From Naegleria gruberi (lineage: Eukaryota), in assembly GCA_000004985.1 (NCBI GenBank), contig GG738895.1: 64,000 nucleotides of DNA; one strand, given 5' to 3'. The position numbers were made by a program, and so were the translations under genes. Below are positions 20,502-31,092 of this stretch, piece by piece. Positions within the stretch are counted from its first letter, which is position 1. Every line of letters starts with the position of its first letter. The notes under the pieces were generated by a model. It ran no database searches. It was given only the letters and a program-made list of their open reading frames with translations, and had not been told where the DNA came from.

Positions 20502-21413
20502 TCATTCTTCTGCTGTACAAATCTTTGTTGCACATTCTCCAAAGGATTTCAGGCTTTCCACATGTCCATCCCACGGAAGTAATGAAAGTAATTGGAGTGA
20601 TTGAGAGTCTACCAGAGATACCATTGGTACTATATTACTATTAACATATTCGAATTGAAAAGTCTGATGGTTCCTCGAAGGGGAGTAAACATTGAAATAG
20701 ACTGTTTTGTTTTGGATATAACATTCAATTCCAATGACATCTCCTTCAGTATTCACACTGTGCTCTGAGTATAATTTATAACTACTTGTAACTGTTGCAT
20801 TCGATTTGATACAATAGCCATATAGAATCCATTTATCATATAGTGATGAGACAGCATCCTCTTCAGCAAAACCTACAATTATTGCCCAGCCATTTGATAT
20901 CTTCCAATCATAAGCTGTAAGTACTATGGACCAATAATATATAGTATTCTCTTTTGAGATTTTAAAATCAACACTATGAGAATTCCAAAATCCTGTTGAA
21001 CCTGAAAAAACACTCCTATTACAGTGTGGTGATAATTTGTTAGAATTCTTGAAAACATATCTCTTTAAAAGAGTATATTGAGATTTCAATTTTCCATAAC
21101 ATTGTGCCTCATCCACTTTAACTGTTCCTATCAATTGCTTTTCTGTTTGGAACATTCCTTCTCTAAAATTCAAATATGCTAATCTAAATATTTCATTAAT
21201 TCTATTCACTTGGATTGGACTTTGTTCCAACTCATTGAATTTCTGACTCAAAATTTCTTCATCCATTATTTTCAATTTTGTTTCGATATAGTCCGGAATA
21301 GAAATTACCTGATGGACAATTTTACATGTCGATAGGAGTGAAATAACGGATCGATCATCGAGATGAGGTAAAATTTCAAATTGCACAACATTCGGATCCA
21401 AGAATTGAATCAT
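20502..21413 (-). CDS. F-box protein with a C-terminal SPRY/B30.2-like domain
   Basis: N-terminal F-box-like LDPNVVQFEILPHLDDRSVISLLSTCKIVHQVI. The C-terminal region (YYWSIVLTAYDWKISNGWAIIVGFAEEDAVS...YGY) resembles SPRY beta-sandwich spacing. The first ATG at 21413 is in frame with the TTG at 21446 reported by the track. Confidence 0.45.
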   Translation of the reverse strand: MIQFLDPNVVQFEILPHLDDRSVISLLSTCKIVHQVISIPDYIETKLKIMDEEILSQKFNELEQSPIQVNRINEIFRLAYLNFREGMFQTEKQLIGTVKVDEAQCYGKLKSQYTLLKRYVFKNSNKLSPHCNRSVFSGSTGFWNSHSVDFKISKENTIYYWSIVLTAYDWKISNGWAIIVGFAEEDAVSSLYDKWILYGYCIKSNATVTSSYKLYSEHSVNTEGDVIGIECYIQNKTVYFNVYSPSRNHQTFQFEYVNSNIVPMVSLVDSQSLQLLSLLPWDGHVESLKSFGECATKICTAEE

Positions 21414-21581
21414 TTTTTTTTTGAAAATTGTTTTTTCATAGATCAAAGTTCGTTTTTTGTTTTTTACAATGAACAGTTTTTTGTTATAATTTTTAAATAG
21501 TGAATGGAAAAATTACAACAATTTAAGGAGCTAGCCCAAATGTTTACAACATAACACAATAATTTGAAAGTTTTTAAAAAA

Positions 21582-23018
21582 ATGAAAAAAGTTAAAAAAG
21601 TTAAAAAAGTTAAAAAATCGAAAACTGTCAAGTCATTGGCAGTTGAAGATCAAGTGGTCATACAGGCTGGCCTGTTAGCACCGTTATCATCATCGGATGT
21701 TTTGTTTTATCAAATATTACCATGCTTTCCATTAAAATTGTTATTCGAAACAGCAAGATTAGTTTGTAAAGAATGGAATTTATTTATTGTGGGAAATCAT
21801 AATGATGCTGGTCATGTAAAAGAATATTTTACAGGTCGGTACTCTCTGATCATTCCCCGTGAAAAAGAAGAATCTCTGATGACTTGTATTCGTGCTGGAT
21901 ATTTCCGAAATATAATTCAAAAATTACATTTCAAAGCTTTTGATTCATTTTGTAATCCTTCTATTGTTAGAAACTCAGGAGTGATTGAAATGGTTCCACA
22001 AATTAGTTCAACTTTATTGGATGATTCTTTTCCAAATGTTGAGGAAATTATTATTGGAACTGTCAATTCAGATTCTTGTATTATAAGAGAGGGATTTTGT
22101 AAAAACAAACTGGAAAAGTTGAAATTGTTGAAGATGACCATGCAAAGGGACGTGTCAATTTCTGATATATTTTCATGTGATTTTATGCAAAATTTGACAT
22201 GCTTGAATTTGGATAACTGCTTTATTGATTATACAACAGTTTTACAAATTAGTGAATGTCCACTGAAGAACTTGGAGAAATTGTGCTTAGGATATAATTC
22301 AATAACTCAATTGGGAGCTCTTACATTGTCCAAAAGCAAACATCTTTCAAAATTAACATATTTAGATTTGACTTATAATGACATTGGTGATGAAGGGCTT
22401 AGACATCTTTGTGAAAGTGAAACACTGTGTAATATTTCAAATCTATTATTGGAATTTAATGTAATTTCAGAATTGGAGCCTCTTTTACAAAGCTCCAATA
22501 TGAAAAATCTAGCACATTTGAATTTGTATAGATGTAGTTTGAATTTAAAAAGCTTTATGTCATTGATATCTTGCCCTAATTTACCAAAACTTTCAGAAAT
22601 TAGTCTATACCATGCAGGTTTAACAGGAATGCAAGAATTAGAAACTTCTCACATCATAGTATCCAACTCAATCAATCGACTTGATCTATCCTCTTGCAGT
22701 TTAGATGATTTGGGATTTAGGTGTTTGTTAAATTCCCTCAAATACGACTCCATTACTGAACTAAATCTTAGGTACAATGAAATTGGAAATGAAGGATTGT
22801 TGTGCCTAGCTGAATGTCCCTTCCTGACCAATTTGAGGATACTCGACCTATCTGGAAATCCAATAGATGATGAAGGTGCCCTCTACCTGGCACAAAACGT
22901 TCAATTTCCAAATATTAAGGAATTAATTTTAGAGTTTACCAAAATGACCAAAAATGGCAGTGAAAAATTTTCAGAAATTATTTTACAACGATTCCCAAAT
23001 GTTAATTTAACTATTTAA
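21582..23018 (+). CDS. F-box / leucine-rich-repeat protein (ribonuclease-inhibitor-type LRRs)
   Basis: Lys-rich N-terminus (KKVKKVKKVKK). F-box-like LAPLSSSDVLFYQILPCFPLKLLFETARLVCKEWNLFIV, followed by RNI-like LRRs (LDLTYNDIGDEGLRHL, LNLRYNEIGNEGLLCL, LDLSGNPIDDEGALYL). ATG at 21582. Confidence 0.6.
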   Translation: MKKVKKVKKVKKSKTVKSLAVEDQVVIQAGLLAPLSSSDVLFYQILPCFPLKLLFETARLVCKEWNLFIVGNHNDAGHVKEYFTGRYSLIIPREKEESLMTCIRAGYFRNIIQKLHFKAFDSFCNPSIVRNSGVIEMVPQISSTLLDDSFPNVEEIIIGTVNSDSCIIREGFCKNKLEKLKLLKMTMQRDVSISDIFSCDFMQNLTCLNLDNCFIDYTTVLQISECPLKNLEKLCLGYNSITQLGALTLSKSKHLSKLTYLDLTYNDIGDEGLRHLCESETLCNISNLLLEFNVISELEPLLQSSNMKNLAHLNLYRCSLNLKSFMSLISCPNLPKLSEISLYHAGLTGMQELETSHIIVSNSINRLDLSSCSLDDLGFRCLLNSLKYDSITELNLRYNEIGNEGLLCLAECPFLTNLRILDLSGNPIDDEGALYLAQNVQFPNIKELILEFTKMTKNGSEKFSEIILQRFPNVNLTI

Positions 23019-23099
23019 AAATTTAGTGAGCTCATCTAAATGGAATTTATTTGTGCAAGCAATTCCATTCATTGGAAATCAAGTCAATTTTTCAAAGTT

Positions 23100-24207
23100 T
23101 CATTTTATTCTTGGTAATATTGTTAAAATTATATTTAAAAAGCCTTCAGTTTCAATATTGTTTGCATTGATATTGAGATCTGTTAACTGAGATAAGTGAC
23201 TCAATGATTTGGCACCTTCAGCACCAATATTATTTGTACTGATATTCAAAGTGGTCAATTTGCCTAGTTGACTGATATACATTGCTCCAGTGTTTCCAAT
23301 TTTAGAATAACTAATATTCAAGTCTGTTAATTGTGACATTTCGGATATAATTTTTGCCCCTTCATCTCCAATATAATTACAACTAATATTCAAATTATTT
23401 AAATTTTCCATTTGACTAATGAACTTGACTCCAACTACAGACAAATTTGGACAATTCGAAACATCAAGCTTTGTTAACTGTTTAATTTCACTAATTTTCT
23501 CTACAGATCTATCATTAAGATCAGAATATCTTACACGAAGTGATTTCAAAGTTTTTGATTGTGAAATAACATTCATCTGAAATGTTTCATCATTTTCTAA
23601 TGAAAATGCTGAATAACTCAAATCGAGTGAAATCAAATTTTTCATTCCAAATACAGAAAAAGATCCTGAATATCCAATACGATTGCTACATATATTCAAA
23701 CTAGTCAAGTTTGCCATTGTACTGATATGTTTAGCTCCTTCATCTCCAATTGAATTATAACTCAGATCAAGATTGGTCAATTGAGTCAAATTTTGAGAAA
23801 TTAATTGAGCTCCTTTCGTCCTAATTCTACAAACACTATTCCCAACAAGTTTCAATTCAACAATATTCCCAATAATTCCAGATTTAACAATATTTTCCAC
23901 AATTTTATCCTCAACCTCCAAATCAACAGAAAGTTTTGCCCTATTTTTGATTACTTCATGCCAATTACGAGAAATTAATAAACAACTTTGTATAATCATT
24001 GAAGAATCCAAAAAGGTAAGAATTTCATAACAAATATCATCAGGAAATACTTGATTTCGAAATTATTATATAAAAAATTACATAATTTTAGCAATTACAC
24101 TCACAATCAGGATTGGATTTCATTCCGATAGGTGCATCAATGGATTGTTTCATCTTTTTCCTATTAGAAAAATTATCATCATTTTCCCTTCTTTTTGTTT
24201 TTGACAT
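23100..24207 (-). CDS. F-box / RNI-type LRR protein, two exons (24105-24207 and 23100-24049; 55-nt intron 24050-24104 GTGAGT...AAG)
   Basis: The long ORF has no in-frame ATG before stop codons, yet it encodes a complete F-box (FPDDICYEILTFLDSSMIIQSCLLISRNWHEVI) only if extended upstream. An upstream mini-exon ATG(24207)...NPD with a GTGAGT donor restores the frame (phase 1). Downstream LRRs: LDLSYNSIGDEGAKHIS, LNISCNYIGDEGAKIIS, etc. The AAG acceptor is atypical, so the model is tentative. Confidence 0.45.
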
Positions 24208-24411
24208 TTTTTTAAATTTCAAATTAATTTGAAAATTGGAAAATCAAAACATTGTAAACGATTTAATTGGCGGACCATCTCACTTAATAATCAACTCAAA
24301 ACATCCACCTCCCCGACTGCTAATAAGCAGGGATGTTTAAGCGGACTATTGGTCCACCATTCGAATAGACATCAACAAGAATCGAATTTATGTAAACTCA
24401 TCAAAAAAAAA

Positions 24412-25143
24412 ATGCACGACTGTTGTAAGCAAGGACACATTCACACAGGTACTCCAACAGGTACACTCACTCAAATTTCCGGAAGAGAAACCTATGTGAA
24501 AAAACATTCGAATAGTAATGGAAAGGCCATTTTATTTATTCATGATGCTTTCGGATTGCCATTCATTAATAATCAACTCTTGGTTGATACCTTCTCTGAA
24601 GAAGCACAAGCTGATGTTTATTTACCTGATTTTTTCAATGGTGATGGTGTTCCAATTCAAGTCCTGTCAAACATGTCAAGTTTTGATTTTAATCCTTGGA
24701 GAGCTAGAAATGGACGTGATAAATTCCCAATTATTGAAAGTTATACAAGAGCACTGAAAGAACAGGAAGGAATTAAAAAACTTGTAGTAATTGGATTTTG
24801 TTGGGGTGGTTGGGGTTCCATTCAATTAGGTCAATTGGATGATTTGGTGGATGGAGTTGTTTTGGCTCATCCATCAATGCTTGAAATTCCATCTGATATT
24901 GAGGCATTGAAAAAGCCAAGTTTATTCATTTGTGCTGAGGTTGACCATGCATTCTCAGAGGAAGCACGTTTATTATCTCAATCAATTTTGGAAAATAAGG
25001 AAATGGATGCAACATTTAAATTGTGGAATGGAGTGAGACATGGATTTGCAGTTCGTTTTGATACGGAGGATAAGATTGCTGCTCAAGCTGCTGAACAAGC
25101 AAAGGATGAGGCAGTTAAATTCTTTAAGAGAATACTTCAATAA
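24412..25143 (+). CDS. Dienelactone hydrolase family protein (carboxymethylenebutenolidase-like alpha/beta hydrolase)
   Basis: Colinear with DLH: AILFIHDAFG, nucleophile motif GFCWGGWG (G-x-C-x-G-G), catalytic His in RHGFAVR. First ATG at 24412 (the track starts at TTG 24229). About 243 aa, intronless. Confidence 0.7.
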   Translation: MHDCCKQGHIHTGTPTGTLTQISGRETYVKKHSNSNGKAILFIHDAFGLPFINNQLLVDTFSEEAQADVYLPDFFNGDGVPIQVLSNMSSFDFNPWRARNGRDKFPIIESYTRALKEQEGIKKLVVIGFCWGGWGSIQLGQLDDLVDGVVLAHPSMLEIPSDIEALKKPSLFICAEVDHAFSEEARLLSQSILENKEMDATFKLWNGVRHGFAVRFDTEDKIAAQAAEQAKDEAVKFFKRILQ

Positions 25144-25322
25144 TTATTTAATACTTATTAGAAATTTATTATATGTAAAGTAACCATTGATATTTAAGTA
25201 TTTACGGAAATGCTTAATATTTGGACCCTTAACTACGGCATTGACAATAAATCAAAAACAAGATGAAATCATCATTGGTTGTGAAACACTTTATTAAGGG
25301 TAATTAAGCAAACGTTAACGTA

Positions 25323-25395
25323 GCCCGTCTAGCTCAGTCGGTAGAGCGCAAGGCTCTTAACCTTGTGGTCGTGGGTTCGACCCCCACGGTGGGCG
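25323..25395 (+). tRNA. tRNA-Lys (anticodon CTT)
   Basis: Acceptor GCCCGTC/GGTGGGC, D-arm AGCTCAGTCGGTAGAGC, anticodon loop CTCTTAA, T-arm GTGGGTTCGACCCCCAC. Followed by TTT..TTTT. Confidence 0.85.
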
Positions 25396-25695
25396 TTTCC
25401 TTTTAATTTTATTATCTTTGATTTTAGCCAATCAACTGAGGAAAAATCAACTCTTCATAAGGCCATCCTAATTCGAATCAGGTACATAGTTTGCACAAGA
25501 GAAAAAAGTATTATTTTAGAACATGACGGAACATCAAGAATTGTTGTAACACAACATATTAATTGTTTCCTGTTGGTATGGCTTGTCTGGTATCGTTTCT
25601 TGTGTCATATTAATCAGAAAAAACTACCAATATTTTCAGCATCAAATAATCAATTATCATCATCATGATGGAGGTAAAACAAGAAGAAGGTTGGT

Positions 25696-27141
25696 ATGTT
25701 CTCGAGAACAAGGGTTATTTTCAAAATAATAATAATAATAATAATTAATGAATTGCTAATAGAGAATATTATATTTTCGGATGATGTTTGTTTTGAAATT
25801 ATTTCCATGATTGATGATTCGTGGTTTATTTTGAATAATTGTTCTTTAATTTCAAAACAATGGTTTAATGTGATCAAGGATCGTTCAAAACTTGTTATTC
25901 AATTTAAAAAAAAATTAACAGAAAAAAGAGTTGAATTATTAATGAAAAGTCAATTCATGAACAGTATTGTAAATGTTAAGTTTTCTTTTGGGTTGCTTAA
26001 CTCTTCAGATAAACTTAAATTCATAAGTGAAATGAAACATTTAACATCACTTGATATTGCTGACAATCAAATTGGTGATGAGGGATCTAAATTCATAAGT
26101 GGAATGAAACATTTAACATCACTTAATATAGATCGCAATCAAATTGGTGTAGAAGGAGCCAAACTCATAAGTGGAATGAAATCATTAATATCACTTAGTA
26201 TTGGTGATAATCAAATTGGTGTAGAAGGAGCCAAACTCATAAGTGGAATGAAACATTTAACATCACTTGATATAAATCGCAATCAAATTGGTGTAGAAGG
26301 AGCCAAATCAATAAGTAGAATGAAACAATTAACATCACTTAATATATATTACAATCAAATTGGTGCTGAGGGAGCCAAATCAATAAGTGGAATGAAACAA
26401 TTAACATCACTTGATATTGGTGGAAATCAAATTGGTGTAGAAGAATCCAAATACATAAGTGAAATGAAACAATTAACATCACTTGATATATATAACAATC
26501 AAATTGGTGTAGAAGGAGCCAAATCAATAAGTGGAATGAAACAATTAACATCACTTAATATTGGTTTCAATCGAATTGGTGTAGAAGGATCCAAACTCAT
26601 AAGTGAAATGAAACAATTAACATCACTTAATATTGGTTCCAATGAAATTGGTGTAGAAGGGTCCAAATTCATACCTGAAATGAAACATTTAACATCACTT
26701 AATATATATTACAATGAAATTGGTGATGAAGGATCCAAATACATAAGTGAAATGAAACAATTAACATCACTTGATATATATTACAATGAAATTGGTGTGG
26801 AAGGAGCCAAATACATAAGTGAAATGAAACAATTAACATCACTTGGTATTAGTGATAATCAAATTGGTGTAGAAGGAGCCAAATTCATAAGTGAAATGAA
26901 ATTATTAACATCACTTGATATTGCTGACAATCAAATTGGTGATGAGGGATCTAAATTCATAAGTGAAATGAAATCATTAACATCGCTTAATGTTAATTCC
27001 AATCAAATTGGTGATGAGGGAGCCAAACTTATAAGTGGAATGAAACAATTAACATCACTTAAAATATATTACAATCAAATTGGTGAAACTTTATTAATGT
27101 CTGTTATATCAATAACAGCTGAGACCAAATCTTTAGACTAA
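25696..27141 (+). CDS. F-box / RNI-type LRR protein composed of about 15 tandem 24-aa repeats (LTSLDIxxNQIGVEGAKxISxMKQ)
   Basis: ATG at 25696. N-terminal F-box-like FSDDVCFEIISMIDDSWFILNNCSLISKQWFNVI. The remainder is a perfectly periodic 24-aa LRR array; adjacent units are nearly identical at the nucleotide level. Confidence 0.65.
   Translation: MFSRTRVIFKIIIIIIINELLIENIIFSDDVCFEIISMIDDSWFILNNCSLISKQWFNVIKDRSKLVIQFKKKLTEKRVELLMKSQFMNSIVNVKFSFGLLNSSDKLKFISEMKHLTSLDIADNQIGDEGSKFISGMKHLTSLNIDRNQIGVEGAKLISGMKSLISLSIGDNQIGVEGAKLISGMKHLTSLDINRNQIGVEGAKSISRMKQLTSLNIYYNQIGAEGAKSISGMKQLTSLDIGGNQIGVEESKYISEMKQLTSLDIYNNQIGVEGAKSISGMKQLTSLNIGFNRIGVEGSKLISEMKQLTSLNIGSNEIGVEGSKFIPEMKHLTSLNIYYNEIGDEGSKYISEMKQLTSLDIYYNEIGVEGAKYISEMKQLTSLGISDNQIGVEGAKFISEMKLLTSLDIADNQIGDEGSKFISEMKSLTSLNVNSNQIGDEGAKLISGMKQLTSLKIYYNQIGETLLMSVISITAETKSLD
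26030..27090 (+). repeat. Tandem array of about 15 copies of a 72-bp unit (coding LRR repeats), near-identical at the DNA level
   Basis: Unit ...aatgaaacaattaacatcacttgatat(a/t)..aatcaaattggtgtagaaggagccaaa(t/c)(c/t)(a/c)ataagtg(g/a)... repeated head-to-tail. Only a few substitutions per unit. Confidence 0.75.
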
Positions 27142-27287
27142 CTAAGATTCTTTGTAGGGATTTGGGTTTGTTGATATTAGGCACCGTACATTGTGTAAAG
27201 CTTCATTTATTTAACTACCTCAATATCTTAAAGTGTGGAGTATTGTGATTGAAACGTTGAAAGATGAGTTTACATAATTCAAACAAT

Positions 27288-28100
27288 TCACTTACAGATA
27301 TCTTCAAGATGGGATCTTGGAGAGAAGATCAGTGGATGCTTTTGCATGTCAATGTAGAGTAAGGAACGATTGGTGCTCATTTCTGGGAATTCCTTTTCCT
27401 CTAAGGAAAGTTTGAAATGTCTGACAGTGTTGACAATTGACATGCAAAGTTCTAAGGTTGCAATTCTACTACCTGGGCATTTTCTTGCCTTAATTCGCAA
27501 GTTATTTGAAGTAATTGATAGAAAACTTACACCAACACCAAATGGACTGTTTACAAATGAACTCTTCATTGCCAATGGTGAATTTCTTTCATGTCTTTCT
27601 GGAATGAATTCTTGAGCTCGTGGCACAAACTCTTCACTCAAACAAGCACGTCTTTGGAGTGCAATAACTGTTGTACCCTTTGGAATATTTTATCCTCCCA
27701 GTTCTGTATCGTTATTGAGTATTCTTGCCAAAATCCAAAGGGATTGAGGCGTAAAACTTCTTCCACAAAGTTTTTAGTGAGCTTTAGTTTCTTGAATTGC
27801 TCTGCATTTACTAATAGACCGTTCTCTGAAGTAACCTCGTCTAAATTTGGCTCTCCAAATACCTCTAATAGTAGTAAAGTTTTTTTTGGTAATCTGGATG
27901 ATGAGCTAATCTGTACATGACATGACTCATCATTGTCATTGTAATGTCCATTGCAGCTTGAAGGAATGAATTCATAACTGTTCATTCTTTGAACGTTCCA
28001 TTAGCAGTTCATACAATCTTGGCTTTTCGCTTGGGTTGACCTTAAACCTGTTCATTACATAATTTGTACATATTCGAATGATTTTTCACAGGTAAATTCC
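27288..28100 (-). pseudogene. Cytochrome P450 C-terminal relic (probable pseudogene or gene fragment)
   Basis: With a 42-nt intron (27489-27530, GTAAGT...AAG) the last exon gives a perfect heme loop PFGVG|ARKCPGSRIATLEL preceded by FIPERH and IPKGTTVI. The upstream K-helix EEVLRLNP lies in a different frame, and a 1-nt deletion in an A-run at about 27690 separates it from IPKGT. A J-helix-like NPSEKPRLYELLMERS sits in a third frame. No I-helix AGxDTT is found, and only about 330 nt remain before the next gene, too little for a full P450. Confidence 0.45.
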
Positions 28101-28320
28101 ATTCTCTTGTATTCTTTTGTTTTAAAATATTGATACATGGATGGTTTTGTCAATAATCTGGATCTTGTGTTGGTTCTAAGTATTTAATTAATCTTCTTAC
28201 ATTCAATTGACTCAGGAGTTACGACTTGATCTTGGAATTCTGGTTTCATGGCAATGTTAAACAATTGCCTCGTCTCTTGCCATGGTTCCTCATATAGCAT
28301 TTTGCAAAGCAAATGGATGT

Positions 28321-29418
28321 TTATAGCATGGTTTTTAGAGTGGCAACAGCATAGAGGAATGGAAAGAGAAGGTCATCATCAGAGCACTCTTCTTTGGAGC
28401 TTAATTCAAAATATTGAACTTTGGTTGTGTGAATTGTTTTTTGTTGAGGCTCTGGCTCGACCATTTTTAGAAAATTGTAAATTTCAAGTCTTGTTACTTG
28501 ATGATCGAGATCTGATTTCAATCCGAGTAAGAGGAAACATCTATCATTGATATTGTAATCTGAAATATCTTTGACTGTCATTTCGTGATAAATTTCAATC
28601 ATTTCCTCAAATGATTTATGACTATTCAAATCAAAACAATACACAAAAACATTAGCTCTCGAATAAACAGATTTGAATAGCGATAGATATGTTTGATTTC
28701 CACATGTATCCCAAATCTTGAATGCAAATTCCGTCCCACTTCCATAAAGGTAATGCTTGTCAATTACTGGGAAAGTTATTGAGGGTGTATAATTTTCCGA
28801 AAATGGTAATTGATTAAAAGCTCTATCAATCAAAGTGGATTTACCACACCCTGATGACCCAACAAATATGTATTGGGCACATTGAGGCAATTCAACATCC
28901 TCATCTATTACAAATCTCTTCAGCAAGACATTTTTAACATTTTCATAACTTTCCATATCAGAAAACATGTACAACATTGGACTTTTTCTCCTCAAATCCT
29001 TCCACAGAACTTCAAATCTGGTCCAATACATTAAAAATCTCTTTGAAACTCGTTGCATTCTCCCTATACTTTCCATATCCAAAAATTGTAAAATGTGTAA
29101 AATTATTTCATGAGGAAAATTCGTCAACCAACCATCCTTCTCCTCACCCTGATTGAAATACTCATCATTGCCTCCATATCCTCTCCTAATTCCATTAAAA
29201 ATTCCTATCGGAAGCAATTCTACATCCGAAACAATAGTAGAAAGAATAGATTTCCTCTTGAATCCTCTTGGTAATTCCAACACGGGAAAATGTAGGGATT
29301 TTCCTGTAGAATAAAGTAAATTTTCAGATTGTTCACGGGAGGGGATTTTATTTTCATCTCTTGCTTGGTGATTCAGAGATGATGATGAGGGCGTCTCTGT
29401 TGATGTTTGTTGTCCCAT
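28321..29418 (-). CDS. F-box domain fused to a Ras/Rab-like small GTPase (paralog of the 2684-3775 gene)
   Basis: F-box FPHEIILHILQFLDMESIGRMQRVSKRF. GTPase P-loop GSSGCGKST, G3 WDTCGNQTY, G4 GLKSDL, G5 ELSSKE. N-terminus MGQQTS fits an N-myristoylation pattern. Shares the C-terminal LLFPF(V/L)Y motif with the paralog. ATG at 29418. Confidence 0.65.
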   Translation of the reverse strand: MGQQTSTETPSSSSLNHQARDENKIPSREQSENLLYSTGKSLHFPVLELPRGFKRKSILSTIVSDVELLPIGIFNGIRRGYGGNDEYFNQGEEKDGWLTNFPHEIILHILQFLDMESIGRMQRVSKRFLMYWTRFEVLWKDLRRKSPMLYMFSDMESYENVKNVLLKRFVIDEDVELPQCAQYIFVGSSGCGKSTLIDRAFNQLPFSENYTPSITFPVIDKHYLYGSGTEFAFKIWDTCGNQTYLSLFKSVYSRANVFVYCFDLNSHKSFEEMIEIYHEMTVKDISDYNINDRCFLLLGLKSDLDHQVTRLEIYNFLKMVEPEPQQKTIHTTKVQYFELSSKEECSDDDLLFPFLYAVATLKTML

Positions 29419-29521
29419 TTTTTTATGTTGATTGGTTTACAAAATATGAAATAGTTATGATTGTAATAGTCCAGAAAAGATTTTCAATCACAATATCGAT
29501 TATTGAATTTATTGGTACAAT

Positions 29522-30382
29522 TTATCGTTGATCTACAGTTGCTCTTTGAATCAACATGATATCATCCTCATCATCTTCCATTCCTTCATCATCCAAATCC
29601 TGATTACTAATCAATACATATTTTGATTCAACAATAGGTGTTGCACCAATATGAGCTTCATGAGATTTACCCTCAATTGATGTGGAACTTTCTTCCTTAT
29701 TTCTGAAAATGTGAATCAAATAACTACCAATAATATACATTGGAATGCAACCTAAAATACATAATCCACACGAAACACCCAAGAATGCAGCTCCCATTTG
29801 CAATAATCCACTCTTTGTTGCATCATTTTGGTCATTAACACTTGATTTAATGGTTGGATTTGAAATTTGAACAATTAATGCAAGACTCACTGAACCCAAT
29901 CCAATCAATAACAAACTACTCAATCCAATCCAAAAACACAAATGCAATGAACAATACAAATTATAAGTTCTCTGTTTTTGAAACCAGTGACGAAGTAAAA
30001 TGTGTTGATCTTCATTCATTTGTGGATTGCTCTTCAACATTTCACGTCTCTGTTTCAAAGTTCTTTCCTGTGAGAAGAGCATGAGAGAAAATACGAAACA
30101 AGCAATTCCACAAAAAGTTAGAGAACCAGCTGTAGATGTTACATCATTTTGATTCGGAGAAGAAACGGGACGAAATAGTTTGTGATTCTAATAAAAATAA
30201 TTGATCATCTACGAACCTGTTAAATGTTGAGTAACGACAAACGCAAGCGGTCCACTTCTTGTTATTGAATAATTCTCCAAAGTCATTTCCAATGCAAAGT
30301 TCGTCACTCCGATACCAAACATTAATAAACCAGCCAACAACAAGAAGATTTTGGTTGCTAAAAACAAGTATCGTCTTCTCAT
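29522..30382 (-). CDS. Small four-TM membrane protein, two exons (30217-30382 and 29522-30129; 87-nt intron 30130-30216)
   Basis: Exon 1 MRRRYLFLATKIFLLLAGLLMFGIGVTNFALE...QHLT ends with a GTTCGT donor (phase 1). The acceptor ...CATCTACAG joins in frame to AGSLTFCGIACFVF... Four hydrophobic helices and an acidic C-tail (DDEGMEDDEDD). Confidence 0.5.
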
Positions 30383-31092
30383 TTTTTCTTATGTAATTAT
30401 TGAAATTGGTTTGACAAGTGATGCCTCCACTGAAATCCCAACTCAACTGTAGTGTGTCATTATTCTTAATATTTTGAACATATTTCAAGCGCCAAAATCG
30501 AACCATTAAGCAATTAAAAAGTTCATCAACGCGCTAAGGAATCTTCGCAAACCGCAGATAAAAAATTATCCAAACACATTTTCTCTCAAATAAGGAATTT
30601 TTTCGAGTTTTTGCCAAACAAGTAGAGTTTGATTCAAGTTGGAAGTTGTGATAACCTGTAGTCTAACATTCATTTCCCGCATTTTTTCAACTCGACAGAA
30701 GAACAGTGTTGTTCCTTTCATGACTTTGTTACTCACACAATTTTCCTTCTGAAAAAGTTCAAATTATTAATGCTAGGAGTAACGACACTCAACCTAGATA
30801 ACAAATAACCTTCTCCTTTATATATTATCCAATATGCTCAATGACCTTTTTCCAAGCCAATATTGTTGTCGTTGGAAGATGAGACAAATACCAGTGCGCT
30901 TTGCGAAAAAGTCATCACACAGTGGTTTTGAAAATCGAATCTTTTTCCACTCACAAAAAAAACAACACAAACCCGAAAATACCACTTGGTTGCTTCATAC
31001 AATATTCATTGCTGCTGCTTCAGTTTTGTTGATATTTGAATCAATCACTCTTTGTTGTTTATTTTAATAACTATACTATTGTACTATAAACT

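Noticed and set aside
25363-25668. ORF overlapping tRNA-Lys
   Set aside because: Begins inside the tRNA gene and runs through its Pol III terminator; a spurious AT-rich ORF.
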